Of a stretch of 64,000 nucleotides of DNA, positions 44,329 through 53,948 are shown one piece after another (the stretch's first letter is position 1; the number at the start of each line of letters is the position of its first letter). A model generated the notes under the pieces. The model ran no database searches and had not been told where the DNA came from. It saw nothing but the letters and a program-made list of their open reading frames with translations. A program made the position numbers and the translations under genes. This DNA is from Fervidobacterium sp. (GTDB lineage: Bacteria > Thermotogota > Thermotogae > Thermotogales > Fervidobacteriaceae): contig JBMFNR010000001.1 in NCBI GenBank assembly GCA_049970055.1, positions 416,001 to 480,000 on the forward strand. The letters run 5' to 3'.

Positions 44329-44751
44329 TCATTTATTTCTATATCTTTGTTTTTCTAAAGGAACAACGCACGTACCACTTGCTTTGCAAACTAAGATAGG
44401 TTTTTCAATTACTTCCGCTGCACTGTCGTTTATATCCGGTCTTGACCTTATCACTTTGTAAGCTTCAAATTTCATCTTTCTTGAAGTTCTTCCTACCTCT
44501 ACTATCTCACCATACGCTTCTATGTAATCACCGGCGAAAACCGGGGCAAGAAATTCCACACTATCGTACGCTCTAAATAAACCTTCATCGCCATCGTATC
44601 TGATCAATAGTTCAGTTGCAACATCACCAAAAAGTTGCAGCATTTTAGCTCCGTCAACAAGATTGCCACCGTAGTGCGCATCAGCCTGGCTCATCCTTAC
44701 TCTTATCATAGCTTTGAGTAAACCGTTTTCATTTTCTTGTGCTTCTATCAT
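44329..44751 (-). CDS. kal: 3-aminobutyryl-CoA ammonia-lyase
   Basis: [33 protein letters not shown]. Confidence 0.93.
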   Translation of the reverse strand: MIEAQENENGLLKAMIRVRMSQADAHYGGNLVDGAKMLQLFGDVATELLIRYDGDEGLFRAYDSVEFLAPVFAGDYIEAYGEIVEVGRTSRKMKFEAYKVIRSRPDINDSAAEVIEKPILVCKASGTCVVPLEKQRYRNK

Positions 44752-44808
44752 AGAATCGCCTCCCAAACTACCGCAAGGTAATGAAGAGCTACAATAAAAA
44801 GTTAATAG

Positions 44809-45456
44809 TTAAAATCTCTTGAGATTTTCTGAGACAATCAATTTTGCCTCTGTGAGTTTCAAAACCTCTTCTAGCGTCGTTTCTTCCGCTATTTCTTCCA
44901 ATAACAAGCCATCATCTGTCGGTCTTATCACTGCAAGTTCTGTGACAATTAAATCCACTCTCCTTACAGAAGTAAGTGGGAGCGTACACTTCTTTAATAT
45001 CTTCGTTTCACCCTTTGCCGTATGTGTCATCGCCACAATCACTCTTTTCGCTCCTGTCACAAGATCCATGGCACCACCCATGCCTGGAATCATCTTCCCT
45101 GGAATCATCCAATTTGCCAAGTGCCCTTCCTCGTCTACTTGCAGTCCACCAAGTACAGTAACATCGAGGTGTCCACCTCTTATCATGGCGAATGAAAACG
45201 CGCTATCGAATGTCATCGAGCCCGGTAAAGCTGTAACAAACCCGGCGCCAGCGTTTGTTAAATCTTTATTTTCAAATCCCTTCTCAGGTTCAGGACCCAT
45301 TCCGATTATGCCATTTTCACTTTGGAAAAACACATGCACGCCTTTAGGAATGTAGTTTGCAACAAGCGTTGGTAGACCTATCCCAAGGTTAACTAAATCA
45401 CCTTCTTTTAATTCTTGAGCAACTCTTTTTGCTATCTTCTCTTTCGGGTCAATCAT
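44809..45456 (-). CDS. atoA: Acetoacetate/butyrate CoA-transferase beta subunit
   Basis: [23 protein letters not shown]. Confidence 0.9.
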   Translation of the reverse strand: MIDPKEKIAKRVAQELKEGDLVNLGIGLPTLVANYIPKGVHVFFQSENGIIGMGPEPEKGFENKDLTNAGAGFVTALPGSMTFDSAFSFAMIRGGHLDVTVLGGLQVDEEGHLANWMIPGKMIPGMGGAMDLVTGAKRVIVAMTHTAKGETKILKKCTLPLTSVRRVDLIVTELAVIRPTDDGLLLEEIAEETTLEEVLKLTEAKLIVSENLKRF

Positions 45457-45457
45457 C

Positions 45458-46108
45458 TCATTTCACCCCCACCACAACGTAATCAACAAGTACACCTGGT
45501 GTTCTGACTTCATTGGGTGCTATTGCTCCAACTGGTACTATTTCTTCAACTTCTACAATAACCAAGTCAGCAGCCATCGCCATCAACGGATTGAAATTTT
45601 CAGCTGTAAAATTGTAAACCAAATTACCAAAATAATCGCATTTTTTTGCCTTAATGAGTGCAACGTCTGCCTTCAAAGGCGATTCGAGTAAGTATTTTTT
45701 CCCGTTAATCTCTATTACTTGCTTTCCGTTCTCAACAATAGTCCCAACACCTGTGGGTGTCAAAATACCGCCAAGCCCCGCCCCGCCTGCTCGTACTCTT
45801 TCCGCCAATGTACCTTGCGGTACAAGTTCAACATCAAGTTCACCCTCAATCATCTGCCTTTGCGTTTCTGGATTTGTTCCAATGTGTGAAACAATAACTT
45901 TCTTGCAAAGTTTATTAACTATCAATTTTCCGATGCCTCGATCGGGCATAGCCGTATCATTCGCTATAACAGTGAGGTTTCCAATGCGCCTCTCAACGAT
46001 CTTATCTATCAACCCTTCTGGAGTACCAACTCCGAGAAAACCGCCGATCATAACTGTCATCCCAGGTTTTATAAATTCAACTGCCTCATCATGTGTTATA
46101 ACTTTCAA
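45458..46108 (-). CDS. atoD: Acetoacetate/butyrate CoA-transferase alpha subunit
   Basis: [32 protein letters not shown]. Confidence 0.9.
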   Translation of the reverse strand: MKVITHDEAVEFIKPGMTVMIGGFLGVGTPEGLIDKIVERRIGNLTVIANDTAMPDRGIGKLIVNKLCKKVIVSHIGTNPETQRQMIEGELDVELVPQGTLAERVRAGGAGLGGILTPTGVGTIVENGKQVIEINGKKYLLESPLKADVALIKAKKCDYFGNLVYNFTAENFNPLMAMAADLVIVEVEEIVPVGAIAPNEVRTPGVLVDYVVVGVK

Positions 46109-46123
46109 TGTAATGCCCCCCTT

Positions 46124-46193
46124 TCAAGGATATTTCAAAAAGATATTTCACACAAATTCCCAGGATATTCTCAAGGATATTCTCAAGGTATTC
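46124..46193. repeat. Five imperfect ~12-bp direct repeats in the lysine-operon leader
   Basis: TCAAGGATATTTC / AAAGATATTTC / CCAGGATATTC / TCAAGGATATTC / TCAAGGTATTC. Confidence 0.8.
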
Positions 46194-46378
46194 TAAAAAA
46201 ACAATTGCACAACTTTCACCTACGTATCAGTATAACACTTTTATATTTGTATTTCTAATGTAACAAACTTAACAAAAATAAAGCATAAACTAGCATAAAA
46301 GAGATTTCAAAAGCTACATAGAGCTTGATCTTGAAAAATAGTGCATTAGTAAACCTAAAATAATCACAAAAATGTACT

Positions 46379-46406
46379 TTGATTAAATAAAAAAATGCTG
46401 TATAAT
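46379..46406 (+). promoter_or_regulatory. Sigma70-type promoter for the FN3 lipoprotein
   Basis: TTGATT-N16-TATAAT. Confidence 0.6.
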
Positions 46407-46464
46407 AATGCCGTATAGTAAGATCTTGTAGCCTAAATTAAAATTAATACGAAAGGGGTGCTTA

Positions 46465-48660
46465 ATGGTGAATAAAAAGCAGAAATTTCTTTCTTTTATG
46501 TTTATTTTAATCTTGCTATTATCAGCTCAGTCATGCGTAACACCTAAAAGTGATAATAAACCTGTTCTTATCTACCCAGCCAACGGAAGTACAAATTTAC
46601 CCTTTAACAATCTAACGGTTGAATTCAAAGCCATTACGGGGCTTAAGTACGATGTAATTGTGAAAAGCGAAGACTCTCAGAATATCTACAGCACATCAAT
46701 TACATCAACTAGCGAAGTGGTTGATGTAACTATTCCTAAGGGAAAATTAGAGCCAGGCAAAAAGTACAAATGGTATGTGAGAATTCACAATGATGACTCA
46801 AAAGCAAGTTCTCTTTGGACGTTCACAACAACACAGAACACGGCGCCAACCGTTTCTACTCTTAAACCTGACGGTACAAGCGATCATCCTTTCGGCGCGC
46901 TTGCACTAACATGGAATATTACTGATCCTGATGGTGACGATCTAACTTCGACAATCAGGATATACGAAGTAGGTAAAGATGTCCCCGTGGTTGAATTAAG
47001 AGTAGGCACCGATACCTGTGTTGTGAAGAATTTAAAACAACTGACCCAATACATTTGGGAAGTGGAAGTTCAAGATCCATGGGGAGGGGTTGCGAAGTCG
47101 AACCGAGCTACGTTTAGAACCAAGCAAAACGTACCGCCACAAAGCATCGAACTGAAAAGTCCTGTGAATAACTCTACGGATATAAAATTTAATGACTTGC
47201 TACTCCAATGGCAAGGCTCTGATCCAGATTACGAAGACTTAAAATATACTATTTACCTTTACAAATCATCCGAGATGCCGAACAAACCGCTTGTCAGTAA
47301 CTCGACACAGACCGAATTCTTGGTTACGGGACTTGAGCCATTGACAGATTACAGTATCGATATCGAAGCAATCGATACGTACGGGGAAAGTCTACGTAAG
47401 TCATTCAAATTCAAAACAAAAGAAAATACACCTCCACAAAAACCAACTTTAATCGAACCGGTGGATAACTCGAGAATTAATCTTGCTAAGGTAAACACGC
47501 TCAGTTTTAAATGGAAAAGTTCAAAAGATGTTGACGAAGATGTTGTTAGTTACAGATTCGTCATAACTGATGGGGCTAACAGTAGATCGATGTATCCACT
47601 CAGTGTAACGGAACTTTCATTCGGTAACTTAAGTGACTTTTTCAAAAAAGGTAAGAGATACACTTGGTACGTGGAGGCAAAGGATCCACATGGTGGGACA
47701 ACAAAAAGTGATGAGTTTATATTCGAAGCTTTCTTGAACAATCCGCCTTCTGTTCCATCGAATCCATACCCATCCGACGGTGCAGTTAATTTACCAAACA
47801 GGATTCCACAATTTTCTTGGTCGTCTTCGGATAGTGATGGAGACTCTTTGAAATATGACTTGTACATCGGGAAGACCAGAGATGATTTGAAATTAGTCGC
47901 GTCAGACTTGGCAACTAATAGCTATTCCACACCTATGCTCTTTGATTTCGGAACAACGTACTATTGGAAAATTGTTGTGAAAGACGGTTTCAACGAACCA
48001 GTCGAAGGACCCGTGTGGAAATTCACCGTGACCAATCAAGATAATCCACCCACAAAGCCTGTTTTAATTTCGCCTGCAAACGGGCAATCTGGTGTTGTAT
48101 TCAACAACATAGCATTAAAATGGAAAGCAAGTACAGATATAGAAACACCACCGGAAAATCTTATCTACTATGTGTATCTCGGTAAAGCCGATGCAATGGA
48201 CTTAGTGGCTCAGGTAACAGGTCAAAGTACAAATGAGATCATTGCAGCAGGTATTAATCTAAAACCATCAACAACGTATTATTGGCGTGTAGAGGTTAAA
48301 GATACTTTTGGCAATTACGCTTACAGTGAAACAAATGCATTCACAACAAAATCGAACACAGCGCCGAATTGGCCAAAAAGCCCAAATCCCGCGGATGGAA
48401 GCACAATAACGGTTTCTTCAACGCCTGCTGAAATAACAATGACTTGGGATGCGAGTGATCCGGATGGGGACAACCTTACGTACGAAATTCAGATTAGCAA
48501 GGCAGAAAACCTCACTGGTGCCCAGGTATTCTATACAAGCACTAGGAGTGTAAAGATAACGCTAGATGATGTTGGAACTTATTATTGGCGAGTTACTGCA
48601 AAAGACCCGCATGGAGGATCTACGGAAGGAAACGTTTGGTCGTTTGAGGTAAAAAAATGA
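46465..48660 (+). CDS. Putative lipoprotein with seven fibronectin type III-like repeats
   Basis: Signal peptide ending in Cys (SAQS-C); seven ~100-aa units with PxNG, DPDGD-like and YxWxV motifs. Confidence 0.8.
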   Translation: MVNKKQKFLSFMFILILLLSAQSCVTPKSDNKPVLIYPANGSTNLPFNNLTVEFKAITGLKYDVIVKSEDSQNIYSTSITSTSEVVDVTIPKGKLEPGKKYKWYVRIHNDDSKASSLWTFTTTQNTAPTVSTLKPDGTSDHPFGALALTWNITDPDGDDLTSTIRIYEVGKDVPVVELRVGTDTCVVKNLKQLTQYIWEVEVQDPWGGVAKSNRATFRTKQNVPPQSIELKSPVNNSTDIKFNDLLLQWQGSDPDYEDLKYTIYLYKSSEMPNKPLVSNSTQTEFLVTGLEPLTDYSIDIEAIDTYGESLRKSFKFKTKENTPPQKPTLIEPVDNSRINLAKVNTLSFKWKSSKDVDEDVVSYRFVITDGANSRSMYPLSVTELSFGNLSDFFKKGKRYTWYVEAKDPHGGTTKSDEFIFEAFLNNPPSVPSNPYPSDGAVNLPNRIPQFSWSSSDSDGDSLKYDLYIGKTRDDLKLVASDLATNSYSTPMLFDFGTTYYWKIVVKDGFNEPVEGPVWKFTVTNQDNPPTKPVLISPANGQSGVVFNNIALKWKASTDIETPPENLIYYVYLGKADAMDLVAQVTGQSTNEIIAAGINLKPSTTYYWRVEVKDTFGNYAYSETNAFTTKSNTAPNWPKSPNPADGSTITVSSTPAEITMTWDASDPDGDNLTYEIQISKAENLTGAQVFYTSTRSVKITLDDVGTYYWRVTAKDPHGGSTEGNVWSFEVKK

Positions 48661-48676
48661 GATAAACAAAAAATAA

Positions 48677-48713
48677 AAAACCACGGTAGCAATGTGCTAC
48701 CGTGGTTTTATTT
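48677..48713. terminator. Bidirectional intrinsic terminator
   Basis: AAAACCACGGTAGCA-ATG-TGCTACCGTGGTTTT. Confidence 0.9.
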
Positions 48714-48722
48714 CATTTGATA

Positions 48723-48926
48723 TTAAAATAACACTAACGCTAAGTAATCTATCGCAGTGTCAACAATCAGGTGGTAAACTTCCCTTGGTATCTGCAAATT
48801 TAGTTCATCGTACAATTCGTCCATAAGCTCCATGGCTTCTTTTTTCTTCTTTTCACCTTCACCTGGTCTTTCAACAAGGATCATGAAGAGTTTCAAAATA
48901 TCCCAAAGCCAGTTCAAAGGATTCAT
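48723..48926 (-). CDS. Small protein resembling LL-H-type phage holin tail
   Basis: Hydrophobic N-terminus followed by GEGEKKKKEA…IVDTAI. Confidence 0.5.
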   Translation of the reverse strand: MNPLNWLWDILKLFMILVERPGEGEKKKKEAMELMDELYDELNLQIPREVYHLIVDTAIDYLALVLF

Positions 48927-48956
48927 CGTATCACCAACCAATTCCGGGTACGTGCT

Positions 48957-49175
48957 TTACTCAATGAGATTAATTAACACTTGCGTGTTCGTTTCTGTGA
49001 TTCTTACTTCGTCTGGATCAAATCCTTCGGGAACAACGTGTAGCGTTTTTAACATTTGTAAATCTTGTTCAAGCTCGGCAACGTTAATATTCTCAACCGG
49101 TTCTGGAATGTTGATTCTATAAGCTCTTGTCCGTGTTCCATCGAACTTTCTGTAGGTCAGTGTTAACTTTTTCAT
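48957..49175 (-). CDS. DUF2922-like small protein
   Basis: MKKLTLTY…DG…RINIPEP…RITETNT; ATGA overlap with the upstream gene. Confidence 0.6.
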   Translation of the reverse strand: MKKLTLTYRKFDGTRTRAYRINIPEPVENINVAELEQDLQMLKTLHVVPEGFDPDEVRITETNTQVLINLIE

Positions 49176-49372
49176 TGGATATCACCTACACTTTGGTTTA
49201 TCACAAGTTGTGCACTCTCACAAGTGTAATTAGAATACTTATCGAGTGTACTTAAAACTGTCTGGGCATCGGTAAGATTAAAAATATCATCAACAGTGAG
49301 GGCTTGTCTTTTGTAAATGGGTTCGTTGTTTTCATCATAACCTACGATCCACCTAATCACCAAACGCTTCAT
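49172..49372 (-). CDS. DUF1659-like small protein
   Basis: LVIRWIVGYDENNEPIYKRQ pattern; SD AAAGGGGGG. Confidence 0.6.
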   Translation of the reverse strand: MKRLVIRWIVGYDENNEPIYKRQALTVDDIFNLTDAQTVLSTLDKYSNYTCESAQLVINQSVGDIQ

Positions 49373-49380
49373 ACAATAAA

Positions 49381-49475
49381 AAACCCCCCTTTCTTTGTCG
49401 ATACATCATGCCTTTTTTACACTTACTTTGTCACCTGCGCAGGCAATACGATGTATCTACCAGAAAAGGGGATTT
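49381..49475 (-). promoter_or_regulatory. Long imperfect hairpin covering the SD of the DUF1659-like gene
   Basis: Minus-strand AAATCCCCTTTTCTGGTAGATACATCGT pairs with ATGATGTATCGACAAAGAAAGGGGGGTTT. Confidence 0.65.
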
Positions 49476-49490
49476 AACATAAATGTTACA

Positions 49491-49712
49491 TTATTTTCTC
49501 TTCCAACCTCGAAGTGCGCTATAAATTATCCAAACAAGAAAAATTACGGCGACGACTGGTATCAAAGCAATTAGGAGGAAATAACCTACAGATAGCAAAA
49601 CTATTAAGAGCAAAATACTAAGTATCCATATAACCCAAGGTGCTAAAAATGGAAAGTAAGATATTAAGAGTACAAGCACTACGAGAGTGCATATGAGCAT
49701 GAATATGAACAA
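49491..49712 (-). CDS. Small integral membrane protein
   Basis: 73 aa, almost entirely hydrophobic with a basic tail; SD GGAGTGA. Confidence 0.65.
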   Translation of the reverse strand: MFIFMLICTLVVLVLLISYFPFLAPWVIWILSILLLIVLLSVGYFLLIALIPVVAVIFLVWIIYSALRGWKRK

Positions 49713-49739
49713 AAAATATCACTCCAATACCAGAAGATT

Positions 49740-51431
49740 TCATAAATTGTACTTTTCGAGTTTATAATACAATGTTCTAATACTTACACCTAACAATTGA
49801 GCTGCTTTTTCTTTATCGCCATTTGTCTGCTTAAGTGCCTCTTCGATAACCTTCTTCTCGTATCTTTCCAAAACTTCTTTCAACGGTCCAATTTTTACAA
49901 ACTCTTTCTCTTTCGATTTTTTGAGATCAGTCGATTCTGGAAGGTGCTTAACCTCAATTATCTTTTCCTCAGGGCCCATATTGATCATAACTCTTCCCAA
50001 GAAATTTTCGAGTTCTCGCACGTTTCCCGGCCAATCCCTGTTCACAAGGTACTTCATTACAGTTGGGCTTATACCTTCAACCATTCTACCGTACTGCTGG
50101 TTCAACTTCTTTACTATGTAAATCGCCAATTTTGGAATATCTTCTTTTCTATCTTTCAATGCCGGCAAGTAGATGGGGAAAACATTTAGTCGAAAGTAAA
50201 GATCTGGGAGAAATTCCCCGTTTTTTACCATTTTCTCCAGATCTACATTGGTAGCTGCAATAATTCGCACATCAACTTTTTTTACATTTCTTCCACCCAC
50301 AGGTACAAACTCTTTCGTTTCAATAAATCGCAAAAGCTTTGGCTGAAGCGAAAGTGGTAGCTTCCCAATTTCGTCAAGAAAAAGCGTCCCACCCTCAGCT
50401 TCCTCGATTAATCCTTTCTTTCCCCCCTTAACAGCGCCAGTGAATGCTCCTTCTTCGTAGCCAAAGAGTTCAGATTCGAGTATCGATTCAGGTATAGCAG
50501 CGCAATTCACACTTACAAAAGGTTTTGACCTTCTCGGACTTGAATTGTGAATTGCGTGAGCAAAAAGTTCTTTACCTGTACCACTCTCTCCCCTGAGTAG
50601 AACAGTGGCTGGTGTTTGCGCAACTTTTTTTGCTTGTTCCTTCGCAATCTTCATCAACTTACTCTCTCCAATTATATCATCAAACGTGTATTGGGCCCTC
50701 ATGTGCCTTATCATGCGCTTCACTTCTTCAAGTTCTGCGGTTAAGCGTAATATTTCAGATACATCGTGTACTACAGCAACGCTACCTTTGAACTGCCCTT
50801 TTACAAACAACGGTGTTGCGTTCACGATTACTTCTTTCTTTGCAGGACCAACCTTTAAACGCGCGTTGTAAATTGGTTGTCGTGTCCTTGCGATCAAAAG
50901 GTGTATGCTTTCACCTTCGGCGATGTCAACAGTCGCAAGCTTTCCAACGACTTCTTCAGGCGAATAGCCTGTAATTCGCGTATAAGCTCTGTTAACGAGC
51001 CGGACTATGCCATGCTCATCAGCAACACTAATCGCATCATTCGTGGATTCTATTATGGCCTTTAGCTGTGCCTCAATCTCTTTTAAATTTGTTACTTCCT
51101 CTGCAAGCTTTCGTATACTTGTGACGTCCCTGAAAACGGCAACCGCACCGAGTATATTCCCATTTTCATCACGGATTGGTATTCGTGATGTAATAATTAC
51201 AGAATTTTCTGTGTATTGGATCTGGTCTATCTCCGGAATTCCCGTCCTCACAACGATGTGTAGCCTTGTATTTTTTACAACTTCTTCAACAGGCATACCT
51301 ATAATATCCGGTGTTAAATTCAGAAGTTTACAAGCATTGTTATTAACATAAACTACCTTAGCATCCTTATCAACAATTATAATTCCTTCGATAATTGAAT
51401 CCAGCACGAACTTTAAGATTCTCTCCATCAA
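49740..51431 (-). CDS. Sigma54-dependent enhancer-binding protein (PAS-PAS-AAA+-Fis HTH; RocR/KamR-like)
   Basis: GESGTGKELFA, intact GAFTGA, FLDEIG, DLYFRLNV, WPGNVRELEN. Confidence 0.93.
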   Translation of the reverse strand: MMERILKFVLDSIIEGIIIVDKDAKVVYVNNNACKLLNLTPDIIGMPVEEVVKNTRLHIVVRTGIPEIDQIQYTENSVIITSRIPIRDENGNILGAVAVFRDVTSIRKLAEEVTNLKEIEAQLKAIIESTNDAISVADEHGIVRLVNRAYTRITGYSPEEVVGKLATVDIAEGESIHLLIARTRQPIYNARLKVGPAKKEVIVNATPLFVKGQFKGSVAVVHDVSEILRLTAELEEVKRMIRHMRAQYTFDDIIGESKLMKIAKEQAKKVAQTPATVLLRGESGTGKELFAHAIHNSSPRRSKPFVSVNCAAIPESILESELFGYEEGAFTGAVKGGKKGLIEEAEGGTLFLDEIGKLPLSLQPKLLRFIETKEFVPVGGRNVKKVDVRIIAATNVDLEKMVKNGEFLPDLYFRLNVFPIYLPALKDRKEDIPKLAIYIVKKLNQQYGRMVEGISPTVMKYLVNRDWPGNVRELENFLGRVMINMGPEEKIIEVKHLPESTDLKKSKEKEFVKIGPLKEVLERYEKKVIEEALKQTNGDKEKAAQLLGVSIRTLYYKLEKYNL

Positions 51432-51448
51432 CGTTTCCCGCCTTTATT

Positions 51449-51859
51449 TTATTCGCCGATTATCTTCACTATGACTCTTTTTCTTCTTTGTCCATCGAAC
51501 TCTGCGTAAAATATCTCTTCCCAGGGGCCCAAATCAAGTTTTCCATCGGTTACCGGGATTACCACCTGGTGATGAACAAGTATACGCTTTAAATGGGCAT
51601 CACCGTTAGTTTCACCTGTCATGTGGTGGTAGTAATTGTCCTCTGGTGCGAGTTTTTCAAGCCAATTCCATATATCTTTGTGTAGCCCGGATTCGTTGTC
51701 GTTGACAATGATACCAGCGGTAATATGCATCGCGGAAACCAAGCAAAATCCTTCCTTAATTCCACTTTTCTTAACAATCTCTTCAATTTTCGGCGTTATA
51801 TGGATAAGTTCTTTCTTTTTTTGTGTACTGAACCATAAATACTCCGTGTGTGATTTCAC
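51449..51859 (-). CDS. yjbQ: YjbQ/UPF0047 family protein
   Basis: [28 protein letters not shown]. Confidence 0.9.
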   Translation of the reverse strand: MKSHTEYLWFSTQKKKELIHITPKIEEIVKKSGIKEGFCLVSAMHITAGIIVNDNESGLHKDIWNWLEKLAPEDNYYHHMTGETNGDAHLKRILVHHQVVIPVTDGKLDLGPWEEIFYAEFDGQRRKRVIVKIIGE

Positions 51860-51993
51860 AACGATTCACCTCCATAGAACGTTTTAGTAATTTCCAAAGT
51901 CTAATGATTAGAGGAACTATTACTTTTATTATACACTGATTTTCTGAATTTTAAAATCCTGTAAATTTAACTCTAAACGCAAAGGAGGTAGGT

Positions 51994-53913
51994 ATGAAGA
52001 AAATATACTTACTAATCATTGCAATCACAATATTTTTCCTTTGGGCTATATTCTTTAAATTAGACATTACTGAAATTCTAGATCTGAAAATAATGGATCT
52101 ATTTTACAAAATGCGTGGAGAGATCAATATACAACCTAGCGTTGTTGTTGTTGGTATAGATGAGTACTCACTCAGTGCTCTTGAGGTTGAAGGTAACACT
52201 TGGCCTTGGAAAAGGGAAGTCTATGGTCGCTTACTTCAAAAAGTTTTTGAAGACGGTGCGAAGGTAGTTGCGTTCGATGTATCGTTTACCGAGCCGAGGG
52301 AAGAAGATAGTGACAGTTACTTTGCAAGTACTTTGTTAAGCTACCAAAATGTTGTACTTGGAACGTATCTGATAAACGAAAAGCGTACATACCTTTCTTA
52401 CGATATCAGATTAAGGAAAAAAATCGAAGAAAACACAAGTTACCTTGATTTGTCATACAAAATGGCAAACTTCAAAGAATTATCTCTTCTTAAACCATTT
52501 ACAGTGTACAAAATTAGGCCCATATACGAACCTTTTGCGGTAGCAGCATACAGTGGAACATACGAGATAGGCACCTTGGATGCAGATGGTACTGTGAGGG
52601 AAATTCCACTTCTAGTTGTTGAAAAATGGGCTCAAGACAATGGTATTTCTTCCGGTATACTACCACATATGGATGTTATATCCTCAGCACTCTTTTTAAA
52701 TATTGATCCGACAGAGCTTATTCTTGATTTTTCAACAAAAAAAATTTACCTTGGTGATAAGTCTATTCAGTTTGATAATTCAGGTTACATGCATTTGTGG
52801 TTTTATGGACATGGTGCCAAAATATTCAAAGAAGTTCCATTTTACGATGTAATTAGCGGAAAATTCGAGAAAGGGACATTCAAAAACAAAGTGGTGTTAG
52901 TCGGATATACAGCAACCGCGAAAGGACTGTACGACTTGCGAATCACCCCGTTTTCCAATAACGAAGCAGGTGTTTTTGTGCATGCCAATGCGATCGAGAA
53001 TATGATTCGTGAAGAATACATAAGATCAATCACTCCGTTTTACAATTCAATAATTTTCTTAACCATAATGATTTTCGTATCGATTTTTGCAACATTCAAA
53101 GGTAGACTCACAAATACTTTACTACTTTCGACTCCTGTTCTAATATTGTTGATATCATTTTTGCTTTTCTCACAGCGGGTGCACTTAGCAACTTTTCAAC
53201 CATTTTTTGCGACACTTGTTGTAGGAACAGTTAAAACCTTGGGTGATTTTCTCAAGGAAAACGCTGAAAAACGAAAAATGAAAGAATTTCTTTATAGATA
53301 TGTCCCCGATACAGTTGTTGATACTCTGTTAAATCAAGGTGAGCTGAAGCTTGGAGGTGAAACCAGAAACATTGTCGTATTATTTTCCGATATCAAAGGA
53401 TTCACAAGTCGCTCTGAGAAGATAACACCTGAAGAAGTTGTTTCATTTTTAAACATCTATTTAACGCGTATGAGTGAGATAATACGTTATAAATACGAAG
53501 GTACGATTGACAAATTTATTGGTGATGCGATTATGGCAATTTTCGGTGCACCAATTTCGCATGGGAATGAAATTGAAAGAGCTCTAAGATGCGCAATTGA
53601 TATGCGTATTGTTTTGAAAGAATTAGATAAAGAATACGGTTGGGACCTTGACAGTGGTATAGGTATACATTATGGGCCCGCGATCGTGGGGAACATAGGT
53701 GCACCGTTCAGAATGGACTACACATGCATAGGAGATACCGTAAACACTGCTTCAAGAATCGAGCACTTAACAAGAGAAGTCGATGCTGAAATAATTGTTT
53801 CAGAAGAAATTGTCAGCAGAACAGACAAATTTATCTTTGAATACATCGGGAGTTATTTGGTAAAAGGAAAGAGCACGGAGCTAAAGCTATACAAACTTAT
53901 TGGCGAAAAATGA
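51994..53913 (+). CDS. CHASE2-domain class III adenylate cyclase
   Basis: VVVGIDE…WPWKR…FDVSF…DADGTVR…VLVG…GVFVHAN (CHASE2), three TMs, FSDIKGFT, DKFIGD, DYTCIGDTVNTASRIE. Confidence 0.93.
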   Translation: MKKIYLLIIAITIFFLWAIFFKLDITEILDLKIMDLFYKMRGEINIQPSVVVVGIDEYSLSALEVEGNTWPWKREVYGRLLQKVFEDGAKVVAFDVSFTEPREEDSDSYFASTLLSYQNVVLGTYLINEKRTYLSYDIRLRKKIEENTSYLDLSYKMANFKELSLLKPFTVYKIRPIYEPFAVAAYSGTYEIGTLDADGTVREIPLLVVEKWAQDNGISSGILPHMDVISSALFLNIDPTELILDFSTKKIYLGDKSIQFDNSGYMHLWFYGHGAKIFKEVPFYDVISGKFEKGTFKNKVVLVGYTATAKGLYDLRITPFSNNEAGVFVHANAIENMIREEYIRSITPFYNSIIFLTIMIFVSIFATFKGRLTNTLLLSTPVLILLISFLLFSQRVHLATFQPFFATLVVGTVKTLGDFLKENAEKRKMKEFLYRYVPDTVVDTLLNQGELKLGGETRNIVVLFSDIKGFTSRSEKITPEEVVSFLNIYLTRMSEIIRYKYEGTIDKFIGDAIMAIFGAPISHGNEIERALRCAIDMRIVLKELDKEYGWDLDSGIGIHYGPAIVGNIGAPFRMDYTCIGDTVNTASRIEHLTREVDAEIIVSEEIVSRTDKFIFEYIGSYLVKGKSTELKLYKLIGEK

Positions 53914-53948
53914 TGTAGGCAGACTAATAAACAAAGGGGGAGGCATAG

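Noticed and set aside
46124..46193. CRISPR array or lysine riboswitch
   Set aside because: Repeats are about 12 bp with no unique spacers; the leader is too short and AT-rich and lacks L-box features
44819..46196. Long antisense ORFs (178 and 180 aa; similar ones opposite oppD, NCS2 and TetR)
   Set aside because: Shadow frames of well-conserved genes with no SD or recognisable motifs
48723..49372. Prophage
   Set aside because: No integrase, terminase, capsid or endolysin anywhere in the window
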